The notes under the pieces were generated by a model. It was not told where the DNA came from, ran no database searches, and was given only the letters and a program-made list of their open reading frames with translations. A stretch of 63,735 nt of DNA, the filler included, from Collodictyon triciliatum (lineage: Eukaryota): assembly GCA_043381765.1 (NCBI GenBank). It is 17 parts of 17 records of this genome, joined end to end, with 100 filler letters (N's around TTAATTAATTAA, not from the genome) between each part and the next. Parts side by side here need not be neighbours in the genome. Positions count along the whole stretch, not along the records: positions 27,158 to 30,934 come from JBHJMP010006901.1; positions 31,035 to 34,810 come from JBHJMP010006902.1; positions 34,911 to 38,686 come from JBHJMP010006903.1; positions 38,787 to 42,560 come from JBHJMP010006904.1; 13 more parts are not named here. One strand, given 5' to 3'. Positions 27,982-42,053 of the stretch are shown here, piece by piece (position 1 is the first letter of the stretch; each line of letters opens with the position of its first letter). The position numbers and the translations under genes were made by a program.

Positions 27982-29787
27982 TTATTCAGGCTTCAGTTCG
28001 AGCCCCAGAGCAGCGGCGATGCGAGCACCGTAGTCAGGGTCCACCTTTCGGAACAGCGCCACTTGGCGGGCCTGGATTTCCTTCTTGGCACCCTTCATAT
28101 GCTCAGCGATGTTGGATATCAACCTACCTTTCTCTTCGGCGCTCATTATGCGGTAAAGGTTCGCAGCTTGCTCAAAGTCAGAGTTTGAGTGATTCCTTGG
28201 AGCCTGAACAACGCTTCCGTGCAAAGGAGCAGCATGCCACAGGTGGGCTCTATTCTCAGTTGGTCCACCGAGAGAGTTAGGTTCGTAATGCGGCACGCGA
28301 GGCTGGTTTCCGTTCACGGTCATGAAGCCGTCGCGGAGGCCATTCTGCACCGTCGCTCGATACGGGCAGTTGACCGGGATTTGGGTGTGGTTGATGCCAA
28401 GGCGGTAGCGCTGCGTATCCGGGTACGAAAACAGCCTACCTTGCAGCAGTTTGTCCTCGGATGGCTCGATGCCGGGGACCAAATTGCCTGGCGAGAATGC
28501 CACCTGCTCGATTTCAGCAAAGTGGTTGTCAGGATTGCGGTCCAAGACCAACCTTCCAATGGGAATCAACGGATAGTCCGCATGCGGCCAGATCTTGGTG
28601 ATATCCAGGACGTCCCACTTGTATGTGGCAGCCTCGTGGATGGGCATCACCTGCATGGACACATTCCAAGCTGCAACACCGCCAGCCGCAATATGATCAA
28701 ACAGATCGCGAGTGGCTTGGTCGGGGTCTGTCCCGGCAAGGCGGGTTGCTTCCTCGTCCGTGTGGTTCTTGATTCCAGTCTCAGACACGTAGTGGAACTT
28801 CCAGTAAAAATACTCATTTTCCTTGTTAAACAACTTGAACATGTGTCCAGCATATCCGTGCATATGGCGGTAGGAGGCTGGGGTTCCGCGGTCAGAGAAA
28901 AGGATGGTCACTTGATGAAGAGACTCTGGGGTTAGAGAAAGGAAGTCCCAGAACATGTTCGCATCCTTCAGATTTGATTGAGGGTGTCGCTTCTGGGTGT
29001 GCACGAAGTCGGGAAACTATTGTGGGCGAAACGATTTCGAAAGTGTTTTTTTTAGGGTTCCAGTGCCGAAACGTTCCCTTGCTATTTATTTCATCTTCAA
29101 TTATATTTAAATTCATTTTAACATGAGGAGCATGTGCCAAAAGCTGTTCGCTAGTTAGAATCAGAATATATGCTCAATAAAGATAGTTACCTTGATGGGG
29201 TCACGAATAAAGAAGACCGGCGTGTTGTTCCCAACCATGTCGTAGTTTCCTTCCTCTGTGTAGTATTTCACTGCAAACCCACGTGGGTCTCTTACAGAGT
29301 CGGCGGATCCTTTTTCTCCTCCAACAGTCGAGAACCTGGCTAGAACGGGAGTCCTCTTGCCGACAGCCTCCAAGAACTTGGCTTTCGTATATGCTGTCAC
29401 GTCATTTGTGACCTCAAAGTATCCATGGGCTCCAGTTCCTGGGATTAAGCGGTAGCTCAGTCGAAAAAAAAGTTGAAACAAAAAAAACACAAATGGGACA
29501 GGCGAATTCACAGGGAATCTGTACTAAAATACAAATGTAGTAGCACATTCCGGGTGAGCTGTACAAGAATGAAATACGTGTGATAGTTGAACAAGGCAGG
29601 CGATTGAGAGAAGAAAAAAGGTTACCCTTAGCATGCACCACTCTCTCAGGAATCCTTTCGCGGTCAAAGTGAGCAATCTTGTCCAGGAAGTAGAGGTCTT
29701 ACAACAGGAGAGGACCGCCCACCCAGCGCTCATTGTCTGTTGGTTGTTGGGCACAGGATTTCCTGTCGAGGTCGCCAAGTACGACAT
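27982..29787 (-). pseudogene. CAT: Monofunctional heme catalase (exons 29626-29787, 29191-29438, 27982-29016) with a frameshift and nonsense codon in exon 1
   Basis: [44 protein letters not shown] and RLFSYPDTQ are present. Exon 1 lacks 1 nt near 29718-29724 and reads GPLLL-TAA-D (TAA at 29699-29701) where GPLLLQD is expected. The family call is firm; pseudogene status is less certain. Confidence 0.7.
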
Positions 29788-30542
29788 TGCAGCTTCTGTG
29801 TGATAGGTCAGCGAGCAATCAAAGGCTTTAGAGGTTGATTCTATACATCTCTTGGTGAGTGACGGAGTGCTCTGTCTTACATTATAATTGCATTGGGTGC
29901 TGCCATGGATGAAAAGAAAAAGTCTTTAAACAGCATATAGTTAATCGACGAGTGGATGGTTGGCTCATTCGTTTTCTTGGTTATGAACTTGATTTTTGTT
30001 TCAAGAGCGCTTTGCTTCAGTGGCTTATTAAGTGGTGACCGCCGTTTCATATTCGCTATCCAGAGTTGTGATATGTGTGAAAAGATTGCTCTGGTGGATA
30101 ACGTGCCTGTCACTACGCAGTTCCGAAGTCGTTCTTGATTCCTGGTGGCCAATTTATATTCGCAAGGGAAAAAACCACACGAATCCTGATTTGGTATTTC
30201 TACCGGACTCCTTCCTCTATTAGTTAAAAGTGATCTGGAAGCTTTTTGTGATTGAGATGATGACTCTAGAAGCTTCTGGTTCCAGATATGTCGCTTTTAT
30301 TTTCCAGAATAGAATATTTGTACAGAATGTTTCGTGCTGGAAATTAGCACACGATAGTCTATCAGCTAAAATTTGCTAAGCTTCTGCAAAATACCAGATG
30401 AAGGAAATTTCACTGAAAATCTATCAGTCTAGCGGGGCTCGACTCGCATGTAGCGAGGTTTGCTATTGACCCTTCTAGAAGCCGACCACATCTTCATAAA
30501 TTCCGCCCTCTTATATGTGGGAAAATGCTTGGCCTCGTTGTG

Positions 30543-30551
30543 TATATAAAA
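30543..30551 (+). promoter_or_regulatory. Putative TATA box upstream of the Kv-beta/AKR gene
   Basis: TATATAAAA about 270 nt upstream of the ATG in the divergent catalase/AKR intergenic region. Confidence 0.3.
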
Positions 30552-30811
30552 CCCGTCATCCCCTTGGAAAAGGCCTCTACAATGCGAACAATGGAACAAT
30601 TACTCAAGCCAAATGTGGCACACGGACATCTAACAAGACTTGACACCTGGAGTGAAAGAACGACTTTGGAACGAAAAAGAAGGGAATAAAAAAAAACAGT
30701 TTGTTCCAACATCTCGAGTGAAGGCACACGGCAAGTTCAATGTGTCGCTGACTCTGGCACCTAACACACTCTCACCCAAAACGCAGCCACCCGACAACAC
30801 AATCTGCGCAG

Positions 30812-30934
30812 ATGAGCACCACCCCAAAGATGCCGTACCGCCTGCTCGGCCCCACTGGCCTGAAAGTCAGCGCCCTGTCCTTCGGCTCCTGGGTCACCTT
30901 CAAGAGCCAAGTCGACGTGGAGAACGCCTACGAC
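30812..30934 (+). CDS. Voltage-gated K+ channel beta subunit / aldo-keto reductase, 5' fragment
   Basis: [41 protein letters not shown] matches the Kv-beta (KCNAB/KAB1) N-terminus; not in the ORF track. Confidence 0.85.
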
Positions 30935-31034
30935 NNNNNNNNNNNNNNNNNNNNNNNNNNNNNNNNNNNNNNNNNNNNTTAATTAATTAANNNNNNNNNN
31001 NNNNNNNNNNNNNNNNNNNNNNNNNNNNNNNNNN

Positions 31035-31127
<93 letters not shown>

Positions 31128-31517
31128 CTTTTCAATTTGCGCCAGGCGATTGTGGATGTTTTAGCTGTGATTCGCTAGCCATCATTTTTACGGGCGCTAT
31201 TTGGTGGCTGGGTGACTTGAAAGTAATCAAGAATCACGGTTTGCGGCCTGGGTCTTGTGCGTTCATAAGAGAGGCGGGCCGAGGATTCATCCCTTTTTCG
31301 GTTTCCTTTCCACATATGGCTACAGCAATTAGACACCGCGCAATGATACCGCAGAAATATCGAGAAAGGCGCTTTCCTCGGGCCATCGTCCTAAGCGCGG
31401 GCCTCAAATGCTCGGCAGTCGCGATTCCTTCGCCTGCGGCACGACGAAAACTCTGCGCAAAGTCCTTTGCCAAAAACTACACCGACCTAAGTGCAAACTC
31501 TATCCAGAGAGAAGCAG

Positions 31518-34227
31518 ATGAGCCTGGAGAGACATCTGTTTGAGGATCTGCCGGAATGGCGGCGATCCTCCGAACTCCCTAAAGAGGAGCTCAGCCGCCT
31601 CTCAGCCGAGCTCTTCGAAACGCAAAAGTCTGATCAGCGCGTGTATCGCCGTATTATTCGAAGCACACTCAAGCATGAACCTGCACAGGCTGCTGCACCT
31701 GTAGGCTTTTATTTGGATCAATAATTCATCATTGTGCTATCTTTTTTTTTTTGATTTTGTCACTTTATTTTATTGTATTTTATTCTAGGCATATTCTATT
31801 TTGTTCTATTTTCCAATAGTGTTTTTTATGTTTTTTTTATGTTTTTTTATGTTTTTTTATGTTTTTTTTATGTTTTTTTATGTTTTTTATATGTTTTTTT
31901 ATATGTTTTTTTTATATGTTTTTTTTATATGTTTTTTATATGTTTTTTATATGTTTTATATGTTTTATATGTTTTATTATATTCAATTTTCTGGACGAGA
32001 CAACCCCTACTAAACTACTTTCTTCTCCCTATGCTTGTTTTCTCCTCTGTATGGATAAAATATCGTCCCTTCTAGCAACGACATCCGCCGACCCCCTCTG
32101 CTTTCCAACCGCCCATGGTCCACTCAACACCTCCCGTATTTCGCGAGTCAAGGCCGTTCGAAGCCCCACAGAACGCAAATGGAACAAACTGGCTCAAGAC
32201 TCCGCTTCCTTCTAATCCGAGAGTTACCAATACTACGGCTGAGCAGTCACCTTTCTCTGCGGTTGTCTCTCCAATTACAAGACCCCATAAGACAAAAGCT
32301 GCATCCCCTGTGGATGAAGTGAGAATTGGGCGTTATGTTATCCCTTTCGGAGACGAGCCACTTGCAAATAATGTCAACCCTACTCAATACGAAGATAATG
32401 TAGAGGCCCCGAATATTGTTCTAGATTCTAGTACATCGGCCCAAGATTTCCCAACTGCATTATCACGTAATTTCATATAAGCTTTCCTAAATACCTCTGT
32501 AGCATGTGCTCTCACAATTCTATCACTGATTTTTTTTATTTTGATAGATTATTTCCAAGAGATCTAAATAATTGTTGTTTTTATGTTTTATCTTGAAGGA
32601 GCGCAATTTCAAACCCCAAATATGAACCCGAAAATTCGTCGCACTGAAACTATGGAGGCCAAAATAATCAAAATTAACTCAAGTGACCAGGGGACATTTT
32701 CGTTTGGACCTAATCCTTCTCAATTATCCGTATATCATGTAAGCATTCATTCTAATATTTTCTTTTTTCTTTTTTAAATTTTTAGAGAATTAGTGGAGAT
32801 GCTATCACACACCTTTTATTTTTACTGTCGCTTGTCCTTCACTCATATTCTCCGCTTTTATCATTTTTTATTAGCTTTTTATTGACTTTTCATTTTTCAT
32901 TTTTGGTTTTATTTATATATAAAGGTTAAACCTGCAGAGAATTTTGATATGTTGGAAAAGTCCTGTTTGTCAAAAGGACTATCCATTGCCCAATCTGAAA
33001 TGCTTCACATGGAACAAGCTATCAAACAAAAAGAACAGCAGGAGATAATTGAGAAGGAAAGGCTTAAAAAAATACAGGAGCAAAACCGGGAGAATATTGA
33101 TAGAAGCAAAATAAAATCCATACACTCTATATTTGGTCAAAACATCAAACAAATGATTGATGGTATTCGTGAGCAATTAGGCAGGAATCTACATCCTCAC
33201 CATGCGGCCGTATCTGATATTATCAACCGCGAATTTCAAAAAATGACATTTGATTGCTGGACTCCAGTTAATGTACCATCAAACGCTGCAAACAGTAGAA
33301 GTTCAAGCTATTTAGAAAGTACTCAATCCGCTCCACTAACTTTTAAAACTGTAATTGAAGTTGATGGCAATAAAGTCAAAAAGCTAGAGCATTCAATTGA
33401 TTCTATTCGCTCTGCAGTCCACTTTCAAATCAATCTAAATGACGAAATGAGTAGACATTTTTTCTACATCCAAATATGCAACAAAATGTATTATGATGTC
33501 ATACTTACACAAATGATGCACACCCCTGAAGTCATGGTTCATTTCATTCATAAAATTGCCTCTTGGGCCAGCGATAAGACATTTTTAGGTATGAGAATCT
33601 ACAATCTTGCTTGTCTTTTATTTTATTGTGATGTCATGAATTAATATGTTATCCTCCTCTTTCCTTTTTGTCGGTATACTATGTGGTCAACAAAATCGAA
33701 ATTCTGATTTAAACTCACATCTCTTCCGGCTTAAAAAATATGTAGATATAGTGCTATATACGGTGGCGCCCCTTCTTTTTCAATCTTTACCTCGTCCAGA
33801 AAAAATGTCTGACTTATTTAATAAACATACAACACTTGGTTCTTTCCTGGCACTTTTCTTGCTTGTTCCAAAGGCTATGGAATCGATACCGACACTCGGA
33901 ACTTTTGATATCTTGTGGATGATTGCAGCACATATCTCAAGAACTCAAACCCCAACAACTATTCCTTTCCTCTATGGATTCCTCCTGATGGCTGGCCCTT
34001 TTATGGCGTCTGTTAACAGAACACAGCACCAGAAACTCGTGAATTTAATCATCCAAATGGAGCCTGGAGCCCATGTGACCGCACGAAGGCTAAAAAACTT
34101 GACTAATCTTAAGCGAGTTTTGGAAAATGACGTAGATACCAGGGACATGAAATTGTTGCTGCTTCGCACAAGATTCTACACGATAGCGAGTTTGAATTAT
34201 TTAAACATGCTTGAACCACCTTCATGA
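31518..34227 (+). CDS. GLE1: Divergent GLE1-like mRNA export factor
   Basis: Disordered N-terminus, coiled-coil segment, then a C-terminal ILWMIAAHISR...FLYGFLLMAGPFM...QHQKLVNLI...RRL pattern resembling the GLE1 domain; TGA at 34225-34227. Confidence 0.55.
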
Positions 34228-34708
34228 GAATAAATGCATCGACCAAATCTTCTCAAACAATAAATAAATAAAGTTTACTTTTAATTGTTCAGGTTTCTTT
34301 CACTCTTTTGGTTTGGTTTGTTTTATTTTGGACGCCCCGAGACTGATAATTAAGGCCCCTCGCAATCTGTTCCATTTTCTATAACTGGGGACACGTCAAA
34401 AGACCTTGGAATATCCCGTGGCCATCGAGAATTGTGGAGAGCCAGGTGTAATTCACCGCCTTTGGTTCTTCAGGCAAAAGAAAAATGGAGACGGCGCTCT
34501 GTATGAGATGGGACGAAGTTAGCGCCATTCTCCTTTGTTGTTCAGGATGGCTGTAGTTGGGGTTGCATTCGTAGAGTGGAGTATTGTGCAAGTTGGAAGA
34601 AGAAAAAAGAAGAAAAGGGCATGGCGATGTATTAAAGTAGAGACGGACGGCTAGATGGATGCCACTGGAGATTATTTGGCGAAATCTGCGCGGGTGAAGG
34701 AATGAGGT

Positions 34709-34767
<59 letters not shown>

Positions 34768-35632
34768 TTTATTTGTTTTTTTTTTGGTGAAGGAATGTGA
34801 GTGAAACAACNNNNNNNNNNNNNNNNNNNNNNNNNNNNNNNNNNNNNNNNNNNNTTAATTAATTAANNNNNNNNNNNNNNNNNNNNNNNNNNNNNNNNNN
34901 NNNNNNNNNNTATATGCAACATCATTGTGAGGGAAGCGCAGGCAAGCCCAGCTTTGATTTTCGTAATGAGACGAGTTTCTGAAGATGTACTTACATTCTC
35001 TTTGCAGTAACGGCAGGGGATCGGGACAGAAGTTCGTGCGAGTTTTACTAGTTGTCTGATTTTTGTTGTTGCGATTGTCCACAGGAATAAGAACGCAGCG
35101 CTGGCTTCTGGAAGCATCCAGACCACAGATTTGCTTCTTCTGGAAGTGAGAATCCGAGGGAGGAATCAGGACGCTATATCTCTGCCACATGCCTTTCCAA
35201 CGCCATCACGTGTTGGCCAGAGCAGAGGAGTGAGCAGGGCGATGCCAAAAGCATGGCGTTAGAGCGACCGCGAAGAGCCTCCTAAAAAATTTATTTGTGT
35301 GTTTGATATCCACAGGGTTTGTTAGATATTTCAATCTTTTTGGCCAGATTATCAGCTATCGGCATTATGACAGCTAGTTCGTTGATAGATTAAAATGGGG
35401 GTTTTTTTTATTTCCTTATATCATTTTTAAAAAACATTTCAAAATCTATCGAGATGACATCGCTTTTCACAACGCGCCATATGCGTTATTTGCACTGTTA
35501 AATTTATACCTATTTTTCTTCAGTTTTTTTTTTTGTTAACATCATAATTATTCATCTTTTCCTAGCGATGCTTCACAATTATTGGTCTCAATATTCCTTT
35601 ATCTAGACTCATTTCGCGGTTTGTATGCCATT

Positions 35633-38539
35633 TTAAGAGAGCTTTTGAAAGATTGGAAGTGCGTGGAGATTCCAGTTATCATGCCACTTGACCCTCTGAA
35701 ACAACCGCGTGTTTCTTTTTAGGGAATCAAGTTCATCGCTCTTTGTAGGGAAGTCTTGGAATAGGCGCTTCGAAATGAAGTTTCAGAGGTATATTAGAGG
35801 CAACTGCTTAAGGCGAGTATTCCAATTAAACTTCCATTTGGTCAATCCATAAGCAAAGAGTCACTTACATAAATATGATCCGACAACTCATGCGATGAGT
35901 CAAATAGATAACCATTATGTCTGTCTTGTACGAGTTCTGGAAGGCTGTTTCCACCGAGGTTATCATAAAAAAAAAAAAAAAGGACTGTTAGTATCGAAGT
36001 TTAGTAATATATTGTTAATGGATAAACGGTGGAAAACATGCTTTCCTGTTGGCTAATTCAAAATTGGGTAAAAATAGTCAACAAAAAGGAGACTTTCTCT
36101 CAAAACACAAGATCCTATTTGTAGATGCACAGTTTAAAACAGATTAACTAACCAGGGAAAATTAACAGCACAGACAGGAACCCCACAGCCAAACATATCA
36201 ACAACTTTCATGGGGAGGTCAAGACCAGATGAAGATGTGTGTAGACTGATTCCCAAGTCACATGATGCTATGATTTTATGTGTGGCAACAGGTTGAATAT
36301 CATAAATTTTGAAATGCAAGAGAATGTCTAGTGTTTACCAACACAAATACGCAAAAAGAAAGCAGAAGATTTCCTCTTTGTAAAGAGAATAATACGAACC
36401 AATCAACTTGGGATAATCTTCAGCAGAGAGCCATGCTGTAACAACGCATATTCCGCAAAGATTTGACTTTCTTATCAGCTCTTCGTAATATTCTTTCATA
36501 GGACCCTTTCCTAGGAATGAGTTAGATTTATAGAGAGAAACACGCGTGAAAGATTGTATTAATTGCACACTCATTTTACTTTTATATACTCATATATTTT
36601 TCTCATATTAGATATTTAATGGGTTGTGTACCAGTAATTATAACGACAAGTCTACATTTGTTTAGGTGGCTTGTCTTTCCATCTGTTGAAAATTTTTCGG
36701 ACACCAGTTGAAGGGCTTTCAATAATATACCAAAGTCCTCGTCTTTTGTCCATGAAGTTGAGCTTACCACTAGCCCTGGTCGGTCACTTTTCGGTAAAAA
36801 AATGGCCTGTATATTTGTAAGAGGATGGAAAAAAAAGGAGAGGAACAAAACAAAAGATAAATGAAAGAGACAGTACGGCTGGTGATAGTGATGAAATAAT
36901 AATCATAATCATAATTAAATAACAATAACAATAACAAAAAATAGCCAAGACCTACATCATCTTGCGCATATTTATTGGGATAATAAAAAAGCCCAAAAAC
37001 AATAATACTAATGCTTATTCCAATTATAATATCGAGTTTTTTTTTATATAAAACCGCTCAATTTCTTTTAAAAAACCTTTTAAAACATTTTAAAACATAA
37101 ATGAACCTCATCGTATGATACAGATACGCGGGGTTTGATACCAGAAGCGTTTGATGCCAAAAGATTTCTAATCGAAAGGATCAAATTCATTTCAAATAAA
37201 TGATAACCCAGCAACGTATTTCGGGAGATAACAAAAAAAATCTACAATTACTTCTTTATTTGTGTTTTTCACTCATGCTAATTACCTGAACCTTCGTTCA
37301 GTAAATAGCGTGCCCTCCACACTTGAGTCTGCGGCACTACTAGTCTCATGGGTTGGAAATAAATATTCTATTTTTCTGAAGAGCTATTTGATATTTAGAG
37401 GAGGAAGAAGCCAGGTATCTTAGTAATGTAAATATTTAACCAACTGTATTCGGTCAATATCAATTCAATCAGAATAAATCCATAACGTGGTATGGTTTAA
37501 TTGCTTAAAGAATGTGCAACACATTAATGTATATAATATGTCATAAATTCTATTTGGAAAGGAACTTCATGAGACTCCTGGGTAGACACATTCCTAAAAA
37601 ACTTTGGAGGGCGGTCATAGAGGACATAAACTTCCCTAAAAGCAAAATACATAAGTTTGCGAATATATAATGGTTACACAGCTTAAAATAAACTGAAGAA
37701 ATATTGCGCCGGGCATCAGGAGGAATTCTTACTTTAGGCCCCAAACATTCTCCAATTCCTTTTTCATAGCTTTTGTTACACAAAAGTGCGCATGGGCCGT
37801 TTTTGCATAATATTTTTCGATTCTATTAAATAATCATTCAGTTCAGCATAGTGTGATACAAAATGCCTTAATTTCAAAAAAATATTACAAAATAGAAAAA
37901 ATTAAGGTTAGCATGCATAAAGAATGCCTTTAAAAATGAATCAAGCCTGATGATGAAAATAAGTTTATATATCGTAGTCACTTCTCTGATAATCTCACAA
38001 CTGGATGAGATTTCCCCATATTTATACCCATGAGGGTGAATGCAAAGTTATGCCAATCAACGATCATTTTAGCTCGAGTAATAAAGCAATAGAAACGCAC
38101 AAGAAAGAGGGTCGGTATAGCTGGCGGGTTCTAATGGATAAAACCAATGCCAAAAACCATTAGAAGGAACCAAACTATGCATCTTTATTCTCTATTTTTA
38201 AACAAAATAAAACTAAAATTGCATAAAAAATTAATCCATGCGGCGCACATTAATTCAAATTAACATATGCATTTATAGTCTTATTGATTTTGAAAAAAGG
38301 TATAAAAAATTTAAGCATCACAATTCTGGGGTAATGAACTAAAAGAAAAAAAACCTGCATCAAAACAGATTCCACAAAGCCGACAGAGACAAACATAAAC
38401 CACAGGAGCTGGATCAGCTGAAGCAGGACTTTTAATGGTGCATATAAAAGAAATAATGAACGTGGCCCAGAAATTGGGGGACTAATTAAGTGCTGTCGGA
38501 TGCTGGGGTGTTGCTGAACGCTTTGATGGGGCTGGCTTC
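35633..38539 (-). CDS. ALG1: Chitobiosyldiphosphodolichol beta-1,4-mannosyltransferase, 5' end missing
   Basis: [77 protein letters not shown]. Confidence 0.95.
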
Positions 38540-38588
38540 CTGCATGACAATATGTAAGGGCTATTGCACGCGCACTTTAATTTATGCC

Positions 38589-38686
<98 letters not shown>

Positions 38687-38789
38687 NNNNNNNNNNNNNN
38701 NNNNNNNNNNNNNNNNNNNNNNNNNNNNNNTTAATTAATTAANNNNNNNNNNNNNNNNNNNNNNNNNNNNNNNNNNNNNNNNNNNNAAA

Positions 38790-38876
<87 letters not shown>

Positions 38877-38886
38877 AAAAAAAAAA

Positions 38887-38928
<42 letters not shown>

Positions 38929-39059
38929 AAAAAAAACATAAAATAAAACTATTATATTCAACCGCCTGCATTCATCCAAGCATGATATTCCTGGTATATC
39001 AATCTCGTTATAGCATAATTATTCTCATTCAACTTTACAATCAATTAATGCGTGCATAG

Positions 39060-42053
39060 ATATTCTCCGCATCAACCATCTGGTCGGCTTTGCTCGCTTG
39101 AAGAAGCTCCAATTGGATAACAACGTCATCGAGAAGATTGAAAACCTGTCGCATTTAACAGAGTTGGAATGGCTTGGTGGGTTGATGTCTCCTTTTATTC
39201 TTATCTGCAAACTTTTGTTTGTTTCAAGCAAAAAATAAAAATAAAATAATAAATTAAAATTAAAATGTATAAGACAGAAGGATAAGCATACTATTATCTA
39301 TCAGGTTAACACTGTAAAGTTTACAATTACCTTATTCAAGACATCCTTTTCAAAAAAAGTGGGGAGAGCGAAATGAAAGAAATATATAAACTATTATCAT
39401 CTACCTTACTGATTCTAATATCCTCCTGCAGATTTGTCTTTCAACAACATTTCGAAAATCGAAAACCTCGAGACCCTGACAAAATTGACTGATCTATCGC
39501 TCTACAACAACAAAATATCCACATTGGAGAACATGGATACGCTCGTCAATATACAAATATTTTCCATAGGAAATAACAAAATCAACACATTAGACGCGGT
39601 AAATAGCCACTCATTCATTCATATATTGCAATCGATGTAAGCCAACCGACTCTCAAATACGAAACAGCCCAAACAATTAATGATTTTCCGCCGCTTCACA
39701 GTTCATGTATCTAAGGAAGTTCCGTCAACTACGTGTTCTTAACGTCGCTGGAAATCCCATATGCATCGACCCCGAACATACTCAATTTATTTTGGCCCAT
39801 ATACGTGACTTGAGATACCTGAACTATAGACTCATTGAGGAATCTACAGTATGCGTCCACATTTATAAGCAAAGCACTAATTAACAAGGAAAAAAAAATA
39901 CACTTAGTCATGTTTTATCGCGTTTTTTTTCTCTTAAGAGGGAACTCTATTGAAACTTATTTGTGTGTGCACCATTTTCGGTTCATTTTTTATCGCATGA
40001 AATCTCCAGATATCCAGTGCAAAAGAGCAGTATCAAGAGGACCTTTTAGTTCTGAAAGAGAAAGAAGAGATTGAAGACGCCATGATGGAAGAACAAAAGC
40101 AGAAACAGGAACTGGTCGATTCGTTTAAGGTCCTATGTCTCTCTTTTTCAATTTTATATCGATTATGTGGCCGCTGAATCAACCATTGAAACGCCATACG
40201 GTACTGTAAGATATCCTTAGACAATTATTCATAGCGTCAATATATCAGAAAGCAAACATAGATGGTATCGTCAATTTGTATGATGACCTTTTCAAAGAGG
40301 ACAGAGAGTTTACCAGAATCACAATCGTGAGCGCCCTCTCAGAGCCTATGGGGAGGTATTTACCACTTGGACCAATATGTGCACGCATTACAGACATCTT
40401 GTGTTATGTATTATCTTAGTGGGTTGTAGCCACTTACGATAGCGTGACAAAATCAGATACCGCGAGGATATCAACTTAACCATCGATGAGCTCAAGAAGC
40501 CTGTTCTCGAGCGATACGACCGCAAAATGAGGGAAATTGAACTGGTGAGGCTTTATGTCAATCAATCACCAAGCGAGATGACACCAATCACCCCTTAAAT
40601 ACTGTACCGATTTATATTCTAAAATGCAGAGCTCAATACATGGTTGGTAAAAACTGCTCGCTCTATTCATTAATGATGCTGTAAATAAAGTTTATGACAG
40701 CAATCCAAGAGGCACGTGAAATGAATGAAAAGGAGGCATCTGATTTGATAGAAAAGCTGAGTTCTAAAAAGAAGAAAATCATCCGTGAGCTCAAAGGACA
40801 GGACATAGTGGACAATACTAGTCTGAGGGGCTTGCTGATGGGTTCGCTGCTTATTGCATAGTTTTCGTTCTAGATTCTTTCAATCGTTGAAGGCAAATAT
40901 TACGTACACGAATTTGGTTTCCTCAAAGACATTATCATACATTCCTCAACAAGATTACGACGATCTCTCCGACCAACTTATGGAGCTTGAAATGCATCAA
41001 GTTGAGCAATTCGAGGTCAAAACCAACTTCTAACTCGCATTAAAAATGAAACGGACTCACCAAAAACTCTCCCTTTTTTTTTTTTAAGCTCTGTTTTGTA
41101 TACTCACATTCAGGAAATGTTCTCAAATTCCCTGAAGTCTGGAAGTCACTGACCAAAAGTTCATATCATAGGAAGTAGTGAAGGATTTCGAGCGCACAAT
41201 GCAAGAAATCGTTAGGTCCAACATTGAAACAGTTCAGGGCCAGTGAGTGAATTTACTGCTTCTCGTATCCATTTTTAATATATTTTTATGAGCTCCGGAG
41301 ATTTTTGTATTTCATGATATGTTTGAATGGCTACTCAACAAACCCCCACTCCCCAAGAAGAAAAAAAAGTCTCAAATAAGTATATTTAATTGGAAGCTTA
41401 TCCTCTTATACAACTTGAATTATTACTGGCACTGGCAACTCGAATAATTTTTCCTTTCTTCAATTTTTTTTTTTAAAAAAAAAAGCTTCACACGCCTCCG
41501 AGACGTGGAAAATGACTTCCATGAAGCTGCTTCAAATGTCATGCTGAATGAATGGGAGAAGTTAACGAAGGCTCATCAAGATGACACTAATCTGGATGAG
41601 AACTTGCAGGTTTTGCAACTTTCTATCAAGAGGCACTTTTCTTCTCATGTCATTTATACTGCATCCTCTTTGGCCCATGTATTCAACTAATAATGAGTAA
41701 CTACGCACTAGCTACTAACTGATAAGGACGCAATCACCAATATCCTCAACACTTCCCACGACACTCGCACAGGAAAAATCGATGCACTGGTAAATATCTT
41801 TTAGCCTCATAAAAATACAAAAAGTTTACTTGCGTGCGCACGTAGCCTGAAAGGAGTCCATCTATCAACCCAATCTTGCGACGCATAATAGGATGATGAC
41901 ATTACAACGCGGGAGCAAAAGAGCCTGGACGATATGATTCTCGACCTAAAGACCAAAGAGACAGAACGTAACCGCCAGCGAGTCTCTGAAATCTGGGGAC
42001 TTGTGGAAAGAAACAAGGACGACTTGAATGACCTTATCCAAGATGACAGTTAA
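39060..42053 (+). CDS. DRC3: Dynein regulatory complex subunit 3 (LRRC48), 5' end missing
   Basis: [17 protein letters not shown]...[82 protein letters not shown]. Confidence 0.9.

Noticed and set aside
28189-28935. Long antisense ORFs over catalase, and likewise over KCS (51540-52064) and MetRS (57067-57843, same strand, other frame)
   Set aside because: Shadow ORFs of GC-rich coding sequence with no recognisable motifs.
34970-35285. Coding-like minus-strand segment ending at a GTAAGT donor; similar fragments near 11060-11543, 12480-13400 and 15690-15735
   Set aside because: Probably pieces of truncated genes, but frame and product could not be supported.
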